From: Clostridia bacterium DTU065
GTDB taxonomy: Bacteria; Bacillota; DTU065
Length of the DNA: 64,000 bases
NCBI GenBank assembly: GCA_001512545.1
Contig: LFSI01000087.1
Span: 22,242-86,241 of the forward strand
Direction: 5' to 3'
The position numbers and the translations under genes are program-made. This document shows, piece after piece, positions 17,710 through 26,890 of the stretch. Below the pieces are notes generated by a model. It saw only the letters and a program-made list of their open reading frames with translations, made no database searches and had not been told where the DNA came from. How positions within the stretch are numbered: the stretch's first letter is position 1; every line of letters begins with the position of its first letter.

Positions 17710-19296
17710 TCACAATCTTACGTCTGTCACTTTTTTCACGCCGTCGATCTCTGCGATCTTGGTTAAAGCCTCTTTGGACGGCGTCGAGTCTACAGAAAGA
17801 AGCATGACGGCTTCCTGGCCGAGGGCTTTTCTGCCTACATCCATGGCTCCGATGTTCACGTTGTGGTCGCCAAGGATCATACCCACTCTGCCGATGATAC
17901 CCGGTTGATCGGTGTGGGGAACGACCAGGATGTTCCCTCCAAGCTCTATATCCACCCTGAAGCCGTCGAAGTTGAGAAGCCGCGGCCCGAGTCCTTTGAT
18001 GGACGTTCCGCCTAGTGAGTGCTCCTCCTGTCCCCTGCTTCTGATGGTAATCAAGTCGCCTGCACCGTTTGCGGGCATCTCCTTAGTGGCTTTGATCTTA
18101 ATACCACGGTCTTTGGCTTCCATCATGGCATTTACCAAAGTTACCGGATGTTCCAAGCCCACTGCTAGGAGTCCTTTCACCACAGAAGCTGTGAGAAGGC
18201 TGGTATCTACATCAAAGGCTTTGCCTCTGTAGATGACCTCCACTTCCTGGATGCTTCCGGCAAAGAGCTGGCCGAACATCTGCCCGAGCCGCTCTGCTGT
18301 TTCGATAAACGGCGACACCTTGTGGAAGACATCAGGCGGAACTGCTGGGAGGTTCACCGCATTGGCCACGGTTTTGCCATTCAAAAAGCTCACAACATCT
18401 TCTGCCACATCGATTGCCACGTTAATCTGGGCTTCTACTGTAGAAGCGCCTAAGTGAGGTGTGGCGATCACGTTCTCCAGTTGGAACAGCGGAGAATCGG
18501 TACATGGCTCTTTTTCAAACACGTCGATGGCAGCACCGGCGATTTTCTCTTCTTTAATGGCCTCATAAAGCGCTGCTTCATCAATGATGCCGCCGCGGGC
18601 AACGTTGATGATGTAAGCGCTCTTTTTCATGAGGGCTAGTTCTTTTGCAGACACCATGTGCTTAGTCTGCTCGTTGAGGGGCAAGTGGAAGGTGATAAAA
18701 TCAGCGTTTCGGTAGAGATCGTCCAGAGCAACCAATTCTATACCGAGACTTTCAGTCTGGTCTTTGGTCACCAAAGGATCAAAGCCGATAACCTTCATGG
18801 AAAGCCCCTGAGCTATTGCAGCCACAGTCCTGCCGATCTTGCCCAATCCGACGATGCCCAGAGTCTTTTTCCGCACTTCCACGCCCATGTATTTCTTGCG
18901 ATCCCACTTACCCTGCTTCAAAGAAGCATGAGCTTGGGGGAGATGCCTTGCCAGCGCTAGAAGGTGAGCCACGGTCAGTTCTGCTGCAGCAAAAGTGTTT
19001 CCCGAAGGAGAGTTGACCACAACAATGCCTCTTTTGGTTGCAGCGGGAATATCGACGTTGTCGACGCCAACTCCGGCTCTACCGACAATCTTTAGCCGGG
19101 CTCCGCTTTCGATGACTCTGGCAGTAACCTGGGTACCACTCCTTACTACCAGAGCGTCGAAGTCTTTGATCAAGTCGCACAGCTCATCTTCGCTAAGACC
19201 TGTATTTACCACGACCTCAAATCCTGCATCCTTCAGGATCTGGATGCCTTCTTGGGCCACAGGATCGGAGATCAAAACTCGCATTTGGTCGGCCAT
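17710..19296 (-). CDS. serA: D-3-phosphoglycerate dehydrogenase (with ASB and ACT domains)
   Basis: GRAGVGVDNVD, GLGKIG, INVARGG, TPHLGAST.EAQ, DQPGIIG ACT domain; Ser T-box upstream. Confidence 0.95.
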   Translation of the reverse strand: MADQMRVLISDPVAQEGIQILKDAGFEVVVNTGLSEDELCDLIKDFDALVVRSGTQVTARVIESGARLKIVGRAGVGVDNVDIPAATKRGIVVVNSPSGNTFAAAELTVAHLLALARHLPQAHASLKQGKWDRKKYMGVEVRKKTLGIVGLGKIGRTVAAIAQGLSMKVIGFDPLVTKDQTESLGIELVALDDLYRNADFITFHLPLNEQTKHMVSAKELALMKKSAYIINVARGGIIDEAALYEAIKEEKIAGAAIDVFEKEPCTDSPLFQLENVIATPHLGASTVEAQINVAIDVAEDVVSFLNGKTVANAVNLPAVPPDVFHKVSPFIETAERLGQMFGQLFAGSIQEVEVIYRGKAFDVDTSLLTASVVKGLLAVGLEHPVTLVNAMMEAKDRGIKIKATKEMPANGAGDLITIRSRGQEEHSLGGTSIKGLGPRLLNFDGFRVDIELGGNILVVPHTDQPGIIGRVGMILGDHNVNIGAMDVGRKALGQEAVMLLSVDSTPSKEALTKIAEIDGVKKVTDVRL

Positions 19297-20444
19297 CAGT
19301 TCATGCCCCCTTCAGCAAAGACCTTAAGGGCAGCAGCTACTCCTCTGCCGAGCTCCACTTGGTATCCTGCTTCCTGCAGGCTGAGCTCAAGGGCACCGAT
19401 CACGGCGATCAGGTCGCCAAAGTCCATGTAGCCCATATGGCCGATGCGGATGATCTTGCCCTTGAGTCGATCCTGCCCGCCGGCAACTGAAAAGCCGTAC
19501 TTTTTCTTGAGGAGGCTCCGCACTGCTTCGGTATCCACATCGCCGAAAAACGCTGTGACCGTTGAAGAAGCGATCTCCTCGGTCTTGGGGAGGAGTTTGA
19601 GACCTAAAGCCTTTACAGCCTCTCTGCACGCTTTGGCCAGGAGATTGTGGCGCTTAAACACCGTCTCCAGTCCTTCTCCGAGAATCATGTCGCAAGCTGC
19701 ATCCAAAGCGTAAAACAGGGAGACGTTGGGGGTGTACGGCGTGCTCCATTTTTCTTGGGATTTTTTAGCCTTCTTCAGGCTCAAGTAGTAGTTAGTGGAG
19801 TTGTTTTGATTTATCACTTCAAGGGCTCTTGGGCTGATGGATACAAATGACAGTCCGGGCGGAAGCATGAAGGCTTTTTGCGAACCGCTGACCATTAGAT
19901 CCACTTTCCATTCATCGGTTCTGATATCCATGCCACCCATGCTGGAGACGGCATCTACCAGAAGGAGAGCCCCGTGCTTTGTACACAACTCGCCAAGGGA
20001 CTTGATGTCGTTGGTAACTCCAGTAGAAGTCTCGTTATGCGTAGCACACACCAGTTTAAATGCTTTTTCCTCCATGAGTTTTGCCACAGCGCCAAGGTCA
20101 TAGGTGTCTCCCCATTCGGACTCCATAACTGTTAGATCTGCGCCGTAGACCTTTGCCAGCTCGGCAAACCTTTCGCCAAACTTACCTGTCACGATGCACA
20201 AAACTGCATCGCCTGGGCTTACAACACTACTGACAGCCGCTTCCATAGCAGCGCTTCCCGAACCGGTGAGAATCACCACTTCATTTTCCGTTTGAAAGAT
20301 CTTCTTCAGCTTCTGGGCCACCTGTTCGTGAAACTTGGAAAAGTCGCCGCTCCTGTGACCGATGATCGGTCTGGTCATTGCAGCATTTACCTCTGGAGGC
20401 ACCTGGCTTGGGCCAGGAATTAGCAGTCGGTTTTTTACCAGCAT
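19296..20444 (-). CDS. class V PLP aminotransferase (serine-pyruvate/alanine-glyoxylate type), probable phosphoserine aminotransferase
   Basis: LLIPGP, HNETSTG, DAVSS, GSQKAFMLPPG, RIGHMG; ATG 20444 after AAGGAG; coupled to serA. Confidence 0.85.
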   Translation of the reverse strand: MLVKNRLLIPGPSQVPPEVNAAMTRPIIGHRSGDFSKFHEQVAQKLKKIFQTENEVVILTGSGSAAMEAAVSSVVSPGDAVLCIVTGKFGERFAELAKVYGADLTVMESEWGDTYDLGAVAKLMEEKAFKLVCATHNETSTGVTNDIKSLGELCTKHGALLLVDAVSSMGGMDIRTDEWKVDLMVSGSQKAFMLPPGLSFVSISPRALEVINQNNSTNYYLSLKKAKKSQEKWSTPYTPNVSLFYALDAACDMILGEGLETVFKRHNLLAKACREAVKALGLKLLPKTEEIASSTVTAFFGDVDTEAVRSLLKKKYGFSVAGGQDRLKGKIIRIGHMGYMDFGDLIAVIGALELSLQEAGYQVELGRGVAAALKVFAEGGMN

Positions 20445-20540
20445 TACTACCCTCTCCTTTTCTCTTCTCAAAGCTCTGCTATCTCGTCTCATTACGTGCG
20501 CGCTACGTTCCAAGACGGAAACTTATCTGGTTTTTTCGTA

Positions 20541-20762
20541 TAAAAAAACTCCCGTCCCTGACATATAGTCAGGGACGAGAGGTATTCCCGCGTTGCCACC
20601 CTGATTGGCCGGATCAATTATCGATCCAACCCACTCATTTCGCTTTAACGGTGCGCTACCGGATGGGTTTGCCATCAGCTCTGCAGGCGGATTCCCTATG
20701 TGCCAGTTTCCACCAGCCACTGGCTCTCTAGAGGTATAGGTACTGCTCCTGCGTCATTGCAT
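20541..20762 (-). promoter_or_regulatory. T-box riboswitch, serine specifier (UCC)
   Basis: AGTA box, AGAGAG, GCTGGTGGAA, GAA-TCC specifier (20691-20689), T-box AATCAGGGTGGCAACGCGG, terminator CTCGTCCCTGAC..GTCAGGGACGGGAG-T7. Confidence 0.93.
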
Positions 20763-20895
20763 TTTCCTTGTTTACGTTTGAGTCTACATAGATCGGGGCA
20801 AATTGGCAAAACCGATATTTCCTCAAATATTGCGAGTTTCCGCCCTCTCTGTGAATTATCTAACGAATTCTTGGTATTTCTGGCAGAAATTGGCT

Positions 20896-21711
20896 CTAAA
20901 ACCGCTCTGCAGTTTTTTGGCGTCTGTCGAAGCGGATAAATTCTGTAAAGCCTGCTTCTTTTAAGATCGGTATCATGCGGTCAAAATCCCTGCCCACATC
21001 TTCTGGGTAGTGGGCATCAGAAGCTAGCGTGATGGGAATATCAAAACCCCTGATTACCTGGAGAATCTCTCTGGACGGATACATCTCTCCTACCGGCTTT
21101 CGCCACCCAGCGGTACTGGCTTCTAGGCAGACACCAGTTTTGGCGATCTCTCCGATCACCTCTGTAATGAAGTCCGAGAGGTCTTCTTCTGGATAGAAGC
21201 TGTAGATTTTGACCAAGTCCGGATGGGGTAAGCTGTCAAACAAGCCGCTTCTTGCCGCTTTGAGCAAAATCGCAAAATACTCCCGCCACACCTCACCTGG
21301 ATCGCTTCTCTCCCAGACTGGGATGTTTTCTTTCAGGTCGAAGCCGAAGTCTCCGATCCAGTGTACCGAGCCGAAAACGTAGTCGAACTGGTACTTTTCG
21401 AGAAAAGTGCGGATTTCGTCCTCGACCTCAGGAATGTAGTCCACCTCAATGCCGATTTTCACAGGCCAGCCCTTCTGCTTGGCGCGGGTAAGGAGCTCCA
21501 AATACTCGGAGACACTATCCACATTGCGCTCTCTAGCCCAAGGGTTGTCCAAAAGGTGTCTTGCTTCTTTGAACCTGTAGCAGTGCTCGGAAAAGCCGAT
21601 CTCAGAGATCCCCCGCTTTTCTGCAACTTTTAGAAACTGCTCGACATACTCAAGGGTTTTTGGTCCGTTTTCTAGGTGCATGTGATAATCCACAAGCAAC
21701 TCTCTCACCAC
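20896..21711 (-). CDS. PHP-domain phosphatase, histidinol-phosphatase HisJ/HisK family
   Basis: DYHMH, FSEH, GIEVDY, GSVH, HPDLVK, ASDAH. Confidence 0.88.
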   Translation of the reverse strand: MVRELLVDYHMHLENGPKTLEYVEQFLKVAEKRGISEIGFSEHCYRFKEARHLLDNPWARERNVDSVSEYLELLTRAKQKGWPVKIGIEVDYIPEVEDEIRTFLEKYQFDYVFGSVHWIGDFGFDLKENIPVWERSDPGEVWREYFAILLKAARSGLFDSLPHPDLVKIYSFYPEEDLSDFITEVIGEIAKTGVCLEASTAGWRKPVGEMYPSREILQVIRGFDIPITLASDAHYPEDVGRDFDRMIPILKEAGFTEFIRFDRRQKTAERF

Positions 21712-21718
21712 CGTTCAA

Positions 21719-23209
21719 CTAAAACTGGCTGACCACCTCGTAGATCTCGTCCCACCAATCGTACATGTCGACGTATACCAAATCAAACAGCATGAGGCCA
21801 TCGCTCTTTGTAAGGCAGACCTTCATTGCTTCTTTGAACACTTCGGGCTTATTTTGATACTGAAGAAGGTATAAGCCTCCATAGACGGGAGTTTTGCCTA
21901 GCACCTTTTCGTTGACAATATCGCAAGCGCCTTCCACCGAGTACCAAGGTTTGTACTCTAGAGACTGGCCTGCTTCGGTCCGCATACCAACTTTAGCCTT
22001 AATCTTGCCTTCCAAATCTGCCAGATAAACGTCTTCGTAGTAGTTTCCAGTTGTGAGGTAATCCAGAACTTCCGCGTAGCCTGTGGCTTCATATCCAGGC
22101 TTTGCCCAGTCATAACCGGTAGGTACGTACTCTTCGCTGGCCCAGTTGACGCCTAAAGCGTAGTACTCCGGGTACCACGAGCCGGCATAGTCGCCGAAGA
22201 CGATGTCGGGCCGAAGGGACTTAATGCGGTCTCTGGCCGTAATGAAAAAGTCTTTGATGCCTTTGGCGCGGAAGTAGTACCACTCTTTTGCGAGAGGACC
22301 GTCTTCCACCTTCTTCCTGCCGTTTTCGAAACTGAGCTTTATGATATCTTCAGGCCAATTTGCTACTTCTCTCCCCAGATACTTTTCAAAAAGCATTCTG
22401 GTGTTGTCGCTAAAATCGCACTGACCGTTGTGGTATCTGACGCGATCCAAAACGATTCCGTCCACTTGATAGTGGGATGCCACCTCTTCCATGAGGGCAA
22501 TCTCGTAGGCCTGTACCTTCGGAAGCAACGGGTTCACAAAAGCATGAGGTGCGTTGGCCCACTTGGTTATTGGGCGAATCTCTTTTTCCGCTTTGATCTT
22601 TGCTCCAACGCTGCCCTGCAAAATCTCTGCAGCGCTGCCGAAGCCGTACACCACATCGGTCTCTTTCAAAGAGACTTCCCCTGATGTGACAACTTCCACA
22701 ACTACCCCGTCTTTCACCAGCGCAGCTGCACCCTTTACCTTCAGTACGTCCATAAGATCCGACGTGATGTAGGCCAGCTGCCCGTCCTTCGGCATCTGGT
22801 TGTACCTTTCGATCTCTATCGAGCGGTCGTCTAACTCCAGATAGAGCGCTAGATCGTACATGTGCGTTGCCCAATCGTTTTCTTCCTGATAGGCCAACCC
22901 TCTGCCGCTTGCCCCTTCACAAAAAACGTTAAAAGACGCATGGACTTCCATGCCGTATCCTCTGGCTTCTGCGATCAACATGGCCAGGGGATCGTGGATT
23001 TGCCTGAACTCATGACCGGCTTTTTCATAAAACGGAGCGATCCGGCTGCGGTAGAGCACCGATCCATCTACGGGCTTAACGTCCAGCACCAGAGTGGTCA
23101 CTCCCGACTGCCTGGCTTTACCCACAAATCTCCTGATCTCTGCTCTGCTCCCCAATTTATCGTAGTTGGCAGACGCGTCAACCCATAATAAAACTCTTCT
23201 ATCTGGCAT
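21719..23209 (-). CDS. glycoside hydrolase-like protein (GHL10/YddW-like TIM barrel)
   Basis: LWVDASAN, LDVKP, VHASFNVF, YQVDGIVLDRVRY; no signal peptide. Confidence 0.7.
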   Translation of the reverse strand: MPDRRVLLWVDASANYDKLGSRAEIRRFVGKARQSGVTTLVLDVKPVDGSVLYRSRIAPFYEKAGHEFRQIHDPLAMLIAEARGYGMEVHASFNVFCEGASGRGLAYQEENDWATHMYDLALYLELDDRSIEIERYNQMPKDGQLAYITSDLMDVLKVKGAAALVKDGVVVEVVTSGEVSLKETDVVYGFGSAAEILQGSVGAKIKAEKEIRPITKWANAPHAFVNPLLPKVQAYEIALMEEVASHYQVDGIVLDRVRYHNGQCDFSDNTRMLFEKYLGREVANWPEDIIKLSFENGRKKVEDGPLAKEWYYFRAKGIKDFFITARDRIKSLRPDIVFGDYAGSWYPEYYALGVNWASEEYVPTGYDWAKPGYEATGYAEVLDYLTTGNYYEDVYLADLEGKIKAKVGMRTEAGQSLEYKPWYSVEGACDIVNEKVLGKTPVYGGLYLLQYQNKPEVFKEAMKVCLTKSDGLMLFDLVYVDMYDWWDEIYEVVSQF

Positions 23210-23663
23210 TGTCCAACCTCCAGTTAGCTTGTTTTCGCAATTAATCTAAAGCCTGGCTTATCCAGATCCTAAAGAAAGACTGCCTGTCTATGCCTAAATC
23301 TGCCTTTCCCAGAACCCAGCGTATACTAACCAAGCACCGCTTTGTCTATTTGTCTTTACGACCGCTTCTTCAAATCTCCAGCGTTTAAACACCGCTCTAC
23401 GTGGTATATCTTATCTAGAGTTTGACCCCCTGCAGTCGAATTTAGATACATTATACCACCAAGTCCCAAAAACTCCCATAGTGGTTAAAAATATCTAGGA
23501 ATTATGTTAAAATTAGGTGAAGTGGGCCGAGCCCCTCTGGTTGTCCATCGGCGCTGTGGTGACCTTAAAACAGATCTCTGCCGGGATCGGAAGAAAGCTC
23601 ATTTGCTCTTCTCCCTTGAGCCTGGTTAGCCGATTTTTCGAGCACCTTTTACAGATAATAGAC

Positions 23664-23930
23664 TTATACAGAAGAACCAAGAATAATAAGCAGGGCTCCG
23701 ATAATGAGCGCTACAGCTTTGAGCGGAGAGATCTCTTTTAAGCTTGTCACTCCGATGATCAGGCTTCCCAGAAGCACCAAAGGCCCCAATACTCCCAGCA
23801 AAGCACTTAACTTCAGTATAGTTTTGGGACTGCGACTTCGATAAATCAACGCTGCACAGATGATTTCAACGGTCCCTGTAATCAAGCGGAAGAAGGCAAC
23901 GATTGTACTTTTTTTCACCAAAATCAGCAC
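23664..23930 (-). CDS. YqhV/DUF2619-family small membrane protein (sporulation-associated)
   Basis: RLITGTVEIICAALI...LSALLGVLGPLVL...IGV...K...IIGALLIILG pattern. Confidence 0.7.
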   Translation of the reverse strand: MLILVKKSTIVAFFRLITGTVEIICAALIYRSRSPKTILKLSALLGVLGPLVLLGSLIIGVTSLKEISPLKAVALIIGALLIILGSSV

Positions 23931-23997
23931 CTGAACCACCTCATGTCACAGCATATGATGTAGTGAGGTAATAAATGTTTGACAAGGAGGACGTTTT

Positions 23998-24591
23998 ATG
24001 AGTGTTTTAGTTCCAATGGTGGTTGAGCAAACTTCTCGTGGTGAACGTGCGTACGACATTTATTCAAGGCTTTTAGAGGACCGCATTATCTTTCTCGGCG
24101 GACCGATTAACGACTCTGTAGCAAACCTGGTAGTGGCTCAGATGCTCTTTTTGGAGAGCAAAGATCCTAAAGCCGACATCAGCCTCTATATCAACAGCCC
24201 AGGAGGAGAGGTTTATTCGGGTCTGGCCATCTACGATACTATGCAGTACATCCGCTGCGACGTTTCGACTATCTGCGTCGGTCTTGCAGCTTCCATGGCT
24301 GCAGTACTTCTAGCTGCAGGTACAAAGGGCAAGCGTTTCGCCCTTCCCTACTCCAGAATCATGATCCACCAGCCTTTAGGCGGAGCTAGAGGCCAGGCTA
24401 CAGACATTGAGATCCATGCCCGCGAAATCCTCAGGGTCAGAGACTCTCTCAACAGCATTCTCTACAAGCATACCGGTCAGCCTCTCGAAGAGATCCAGAA
24501 AAACACAGAAAGAGACAACTTCATGAGCGCAGAGGAAGCACTAAAATTCGGTCTTGTAGATGGAGTCATGACCGAAAGGCCGAAAGTATAA
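23998..24591 (+). CDS. clpP: ATP-dependent Clp protease proteolytic subunit
   Basis: [40 protein letters not shown]. Confidence 0.98.
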   Translation: MSVLVPMVVEQTSRGERAYDIYSRLLEDRIIFLGGPINDSVANLVVAQMLFLESKDPKADISLYINSPGGEVYSGLAIYDTMQYIRCDVSTICVGLAASMAAVLLAAGTKGKRFALPYSRIMIHQPLGGARGQATDIEIHAREILRVRDSLNSILYKHTGQPLEEIQKNTERDNFMSAEEALKFGLVDGVMTERPKV

Positions 24592-24602
24592 AGATGGGCT
24601 CT

Positions 24603-24631
24603 ACAGCGCCTCCGTGCGAGGCGCTGTTTTT
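24603..24631 (+). terminator. clpP terminator
   Basis: ACAGCGCCTC-cgtgc-GAGGCGCTGT followed by a T-run. Confidence 0.8.
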
Positions 24632-24670
24632 ATGTACGCCGCACCAGAATGGGAATAGAAGGTGACTAGA

Positions 24671-25360
24671 ATGATAGGTATGGGAACGCTGATCAACTCG
24701 GCAGCCATTGTGCTTGGCGGACTTGCCGGCCTTGTGCTTGGGGCAAGACTGCAAGAAAAGACTTCGGAAACCGTCATGCAGGCACTGGCTCTGGTGACGA
24801 TTTTTCTCGGTATAGAAACGGCATTTAAAGGCGAAAACATGGTAGCCATTCTCTTGGGACTGGTTGTGGGAGGAATGGTGGGAGAAGCCTTGCGGCTGGA
24901 AACCCATCTGGAAAACTTAGGCAAGTACGTAGAAGGTAAGCTTAAAGCCGGAAAAGGCAACTTTGCCGCAGGTTTTGTTACAGCGACCATTCTCTATGTA
25001 GTAGGGCCTATGGCCATTCTCGGCTCCATAGAAGACGGCATCGGCTTTGGCTACAAAATCCTCCTAACCAAATCTGCCCTCGACGGTCTGTCCTCCATAG
25101 CCTTCGGAGCATCCCTGGGGATAGGCGTGCCCTTTGCTGCAGTACCGGTTTTCATCTACCAGGGTGCAATAACCCTTATCGCTAGCTTCTTCGGAGACGT
25201 AGCTTCTGCAAGCGTCATTGCTGCAGTTTCGGGATGCGGTGGGCTGCTGATCCTGGCGATAGGGCTGAACATGCTGAAGCTGACAAAAATCCGGGTCACC
25301 AATCTCCTCCCGGGCATCGTGTTTGCACCGATCTTTACCTGGCTTTTAGGACTATTGTAA
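24671..25360 (+). CDS. DUF554 (YdfK/YqgA-like) membrane protein
   Basis: GTLINSAAIVLG, GFVTATILYVVGPMAILGSIEDG, TKSALDG, IRVTNLLP. Confidence 0.85.
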   Translation: MIGMGTLINSAAIVLGGLAGLVLGARLQEKTSETVMQALALVTIFLGIETAFKGENMVAILLGLVVGGMVGEALRLETHLENLGKYVEGKLKAGKGNFAAGFVTATILYVVGPMAILGSIEDGIGFGYKILLTKSALDGLSSIAFGASLGIGVPFAAVPVFIYQGAITLIASFFGDVASASVIAAVSGCGGLLILAIGLNMLKLTKIRVTNLLPGIVFAPIFTWLLGLL

Positions 25361-25415
25361 GAGGCAACGGATTCCAAGATTTGGGCGTCAAAAGTAACGG
25401 ATCCGTTTCCCTCAT

Positions 25416-25452
25416 AAAAAAGGAGCAGTCGCTTTTGAACTGCTCCTTTTTT
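25416..25452. terminator. bidirectional terminator between DUF554 and metQ
   Basis: A6-GGAGCAGT-loop-ACTGCTCC-T6. Confidence 0.85.
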
Positions 25453-25489
25453 GTCACAGCCGTGTCAAGGCATCAGCTTCGCACAGCTT

Positions 25490-26287
25490 TTATTGTGGGA
25501 CAGTGAAACCTAGAACCAGAGAGCCTTTGTACTTCTCCTCTACGTAGTCGGCAACTTCTTTGGAATGATAAGCCTTCACCAGCTCTTGAAGGAGAGGATC
25601 GTTTAGGCGCTCCCGCTTTACGGCCAATATGTTTACATACGCCGAGTCTTTGTCTTCGGTGTAGATGGGATCGTTAACAGGATCCAAACCGGCAGAGACT
25701 GCGTAAGTAGTGTTGATAGCAGCTGCATCCACATCAGGTAGAGCTCTGGGGATCTGTGCTGCTTCCAACTCTCTGAACTGAAGGTTTTTCGGGTTATCGA
25801 TAATATCGAAAACCGTAGCTTGGATACCAACTCCCGACTTCAGCTTGATCAAGCCGGCTTTTTCCAGAAGCATCAAGACCCTGCCCGCGTTGGTTGGATC
25901 GTTGGGAATGGCAATGATGGCCTTGTCCTTTAGTTCGCTTAAGGATTTTACCTTCTGCGAATAGATGCTGATGGGGAAAACAATGGTCGGTGCAAGCTTC
26001 ACTAGGTCGGTTTTTCTGTCTTTGTTGAACTGGAGGAGAAACGGTTCGTGCTGGTAGCTGTTAACATCGATGGAACCGTCGGCAAGAGCTAGATTGGGCG
26101 TGATGAAGTCGGCGAAGGATATGATCTCAAGTTCGATGCCCTTTTCTGCCAGTATTCCTTTTACAATCTCCATCAGCTCTTCGTGAGGTCCGGGGTTGAC
26201 GCCCACCTTGATCACGTCTTTGGCAAAAACGGTAGCTGTAAGGATCAAAACAGCGAAAACAACAACATACAACTTAGCTTTTTTCAT
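25490..26287 (-). CDS. metQ: MetQ/NlpA methionine ABC transporter substrate-binding protein (no lipobox cysteine)
   Basis: PNLALADGSID.N.YQH, IPNDPTNAGR.L.LL...GLIKL, ELEAAQIPR; SAM-I riboswitch upstream. Confidence 0.9.
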   Translation of the reverse strand: MKKAKLYVVVFAVLILTATVFAKDVIKVGVNPGPHEELMEIVKGILAEKGIELEIISFADFITPNLALADGSIDVNSYQHEPFLLQFNKDRKTDLVKLAPTIVFPISIYSQKVKSLSELKDKAIIAIPNDPTNAGRVLMLLEKAGLIKLKSGVGIQATVFDIIDNPKNLQFRELEAAQIPRALPDVDAAAINTTYAVSAGLDPVNDPIYTEDKDSAYVNILAVKRERLNDPLLQELVKAYHSKEVADYVEEKYKGSLVLGFTVPQ

Positions 26288-26328
26288 GTTTGTACCTCCA
26301 TTGGTGCTCTACGCTCTATCCAGGGTAG

Positions 26329-26470
26329 AAAAAAAGCTTCCTCAAGAGAGGAAGCAACGATGTCTACTCCCTCTTATCTTCCGAATTCCGAGAATTCGCA
26401 GGATTTGGCACCTTGCATTGCAGGTTGCCGGGCTTCATCGGGCCAGTCCCTCCGCCACTCTGGATAAGAG
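26329..26470 (-). promoter_or_regulatory. SAM-I (S-box) riboswitch with terminator
   Basis: CTCTTATCCAGAG.GGCGGAGGGACTGGCCCGATGAAGCCCGGCAACC...GGTGCCAAATCC...GGAAGATAAGAG (26470-26371); terminator GCTTCCTC-tctt-GAGGAAGC-T7; TTGACA-N18-TAGATT promoter at 26524-26495. Confidence 0.97.
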
Positions 26471-26890
26471 CCTACAGCTAATTTGTTAACTGTAAATCTA
26501 TCACAATAAGCGGAGACTTGTCAAGATGTTTTTGCGAAAATGAAAAAAAACGCCCGCCTTCTCTACGACCTTCGGAATTGCCGCTAGGAAAGGATTTCAT
26601 TTTCAACAAAACCCTTTGCTTGGCTACTCTAAGACGACACCTAACCGGGTAAAAATGCATTGAGTTTCCCAGATAAAAAACCTGTGGTAAGCTTTTGTTG
26701 TAAACCTATTTCCCTATCACAAAAAACCTTGCAGACGGAAACTCTAAGCTATGCACCAGTCAGGGTTTCTGTAGCTTGAGGTGAAAAGAGCGATCTCTAG
26801 AACCCCTGCACAGGGGTGTTGTTATAGTTTTTTTCCAAAGGTAAACAGGTGGAGGTTGTAGAAAAAATAACAGAGACGAGGTGGTAAAAG

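Noticed and set aside
20523..20720. 65-aa ORF upstream of the aminotransferase
   Set aside because: It coincides with the T-box RNA, which explains the sequence.
23400..23450. tmRNA/tRNA-like TTCGAC on the minus strand
   Set aside because: No acceptor stem, T-arm context or CCA end found.
23580..23602. SRP RNA helix-8-like sequence CCGGGATCGGAAGAAAGC
   Set aside because: The stem around GGAA does not pair and the CAGG/AGCAG internal loop is not matched.
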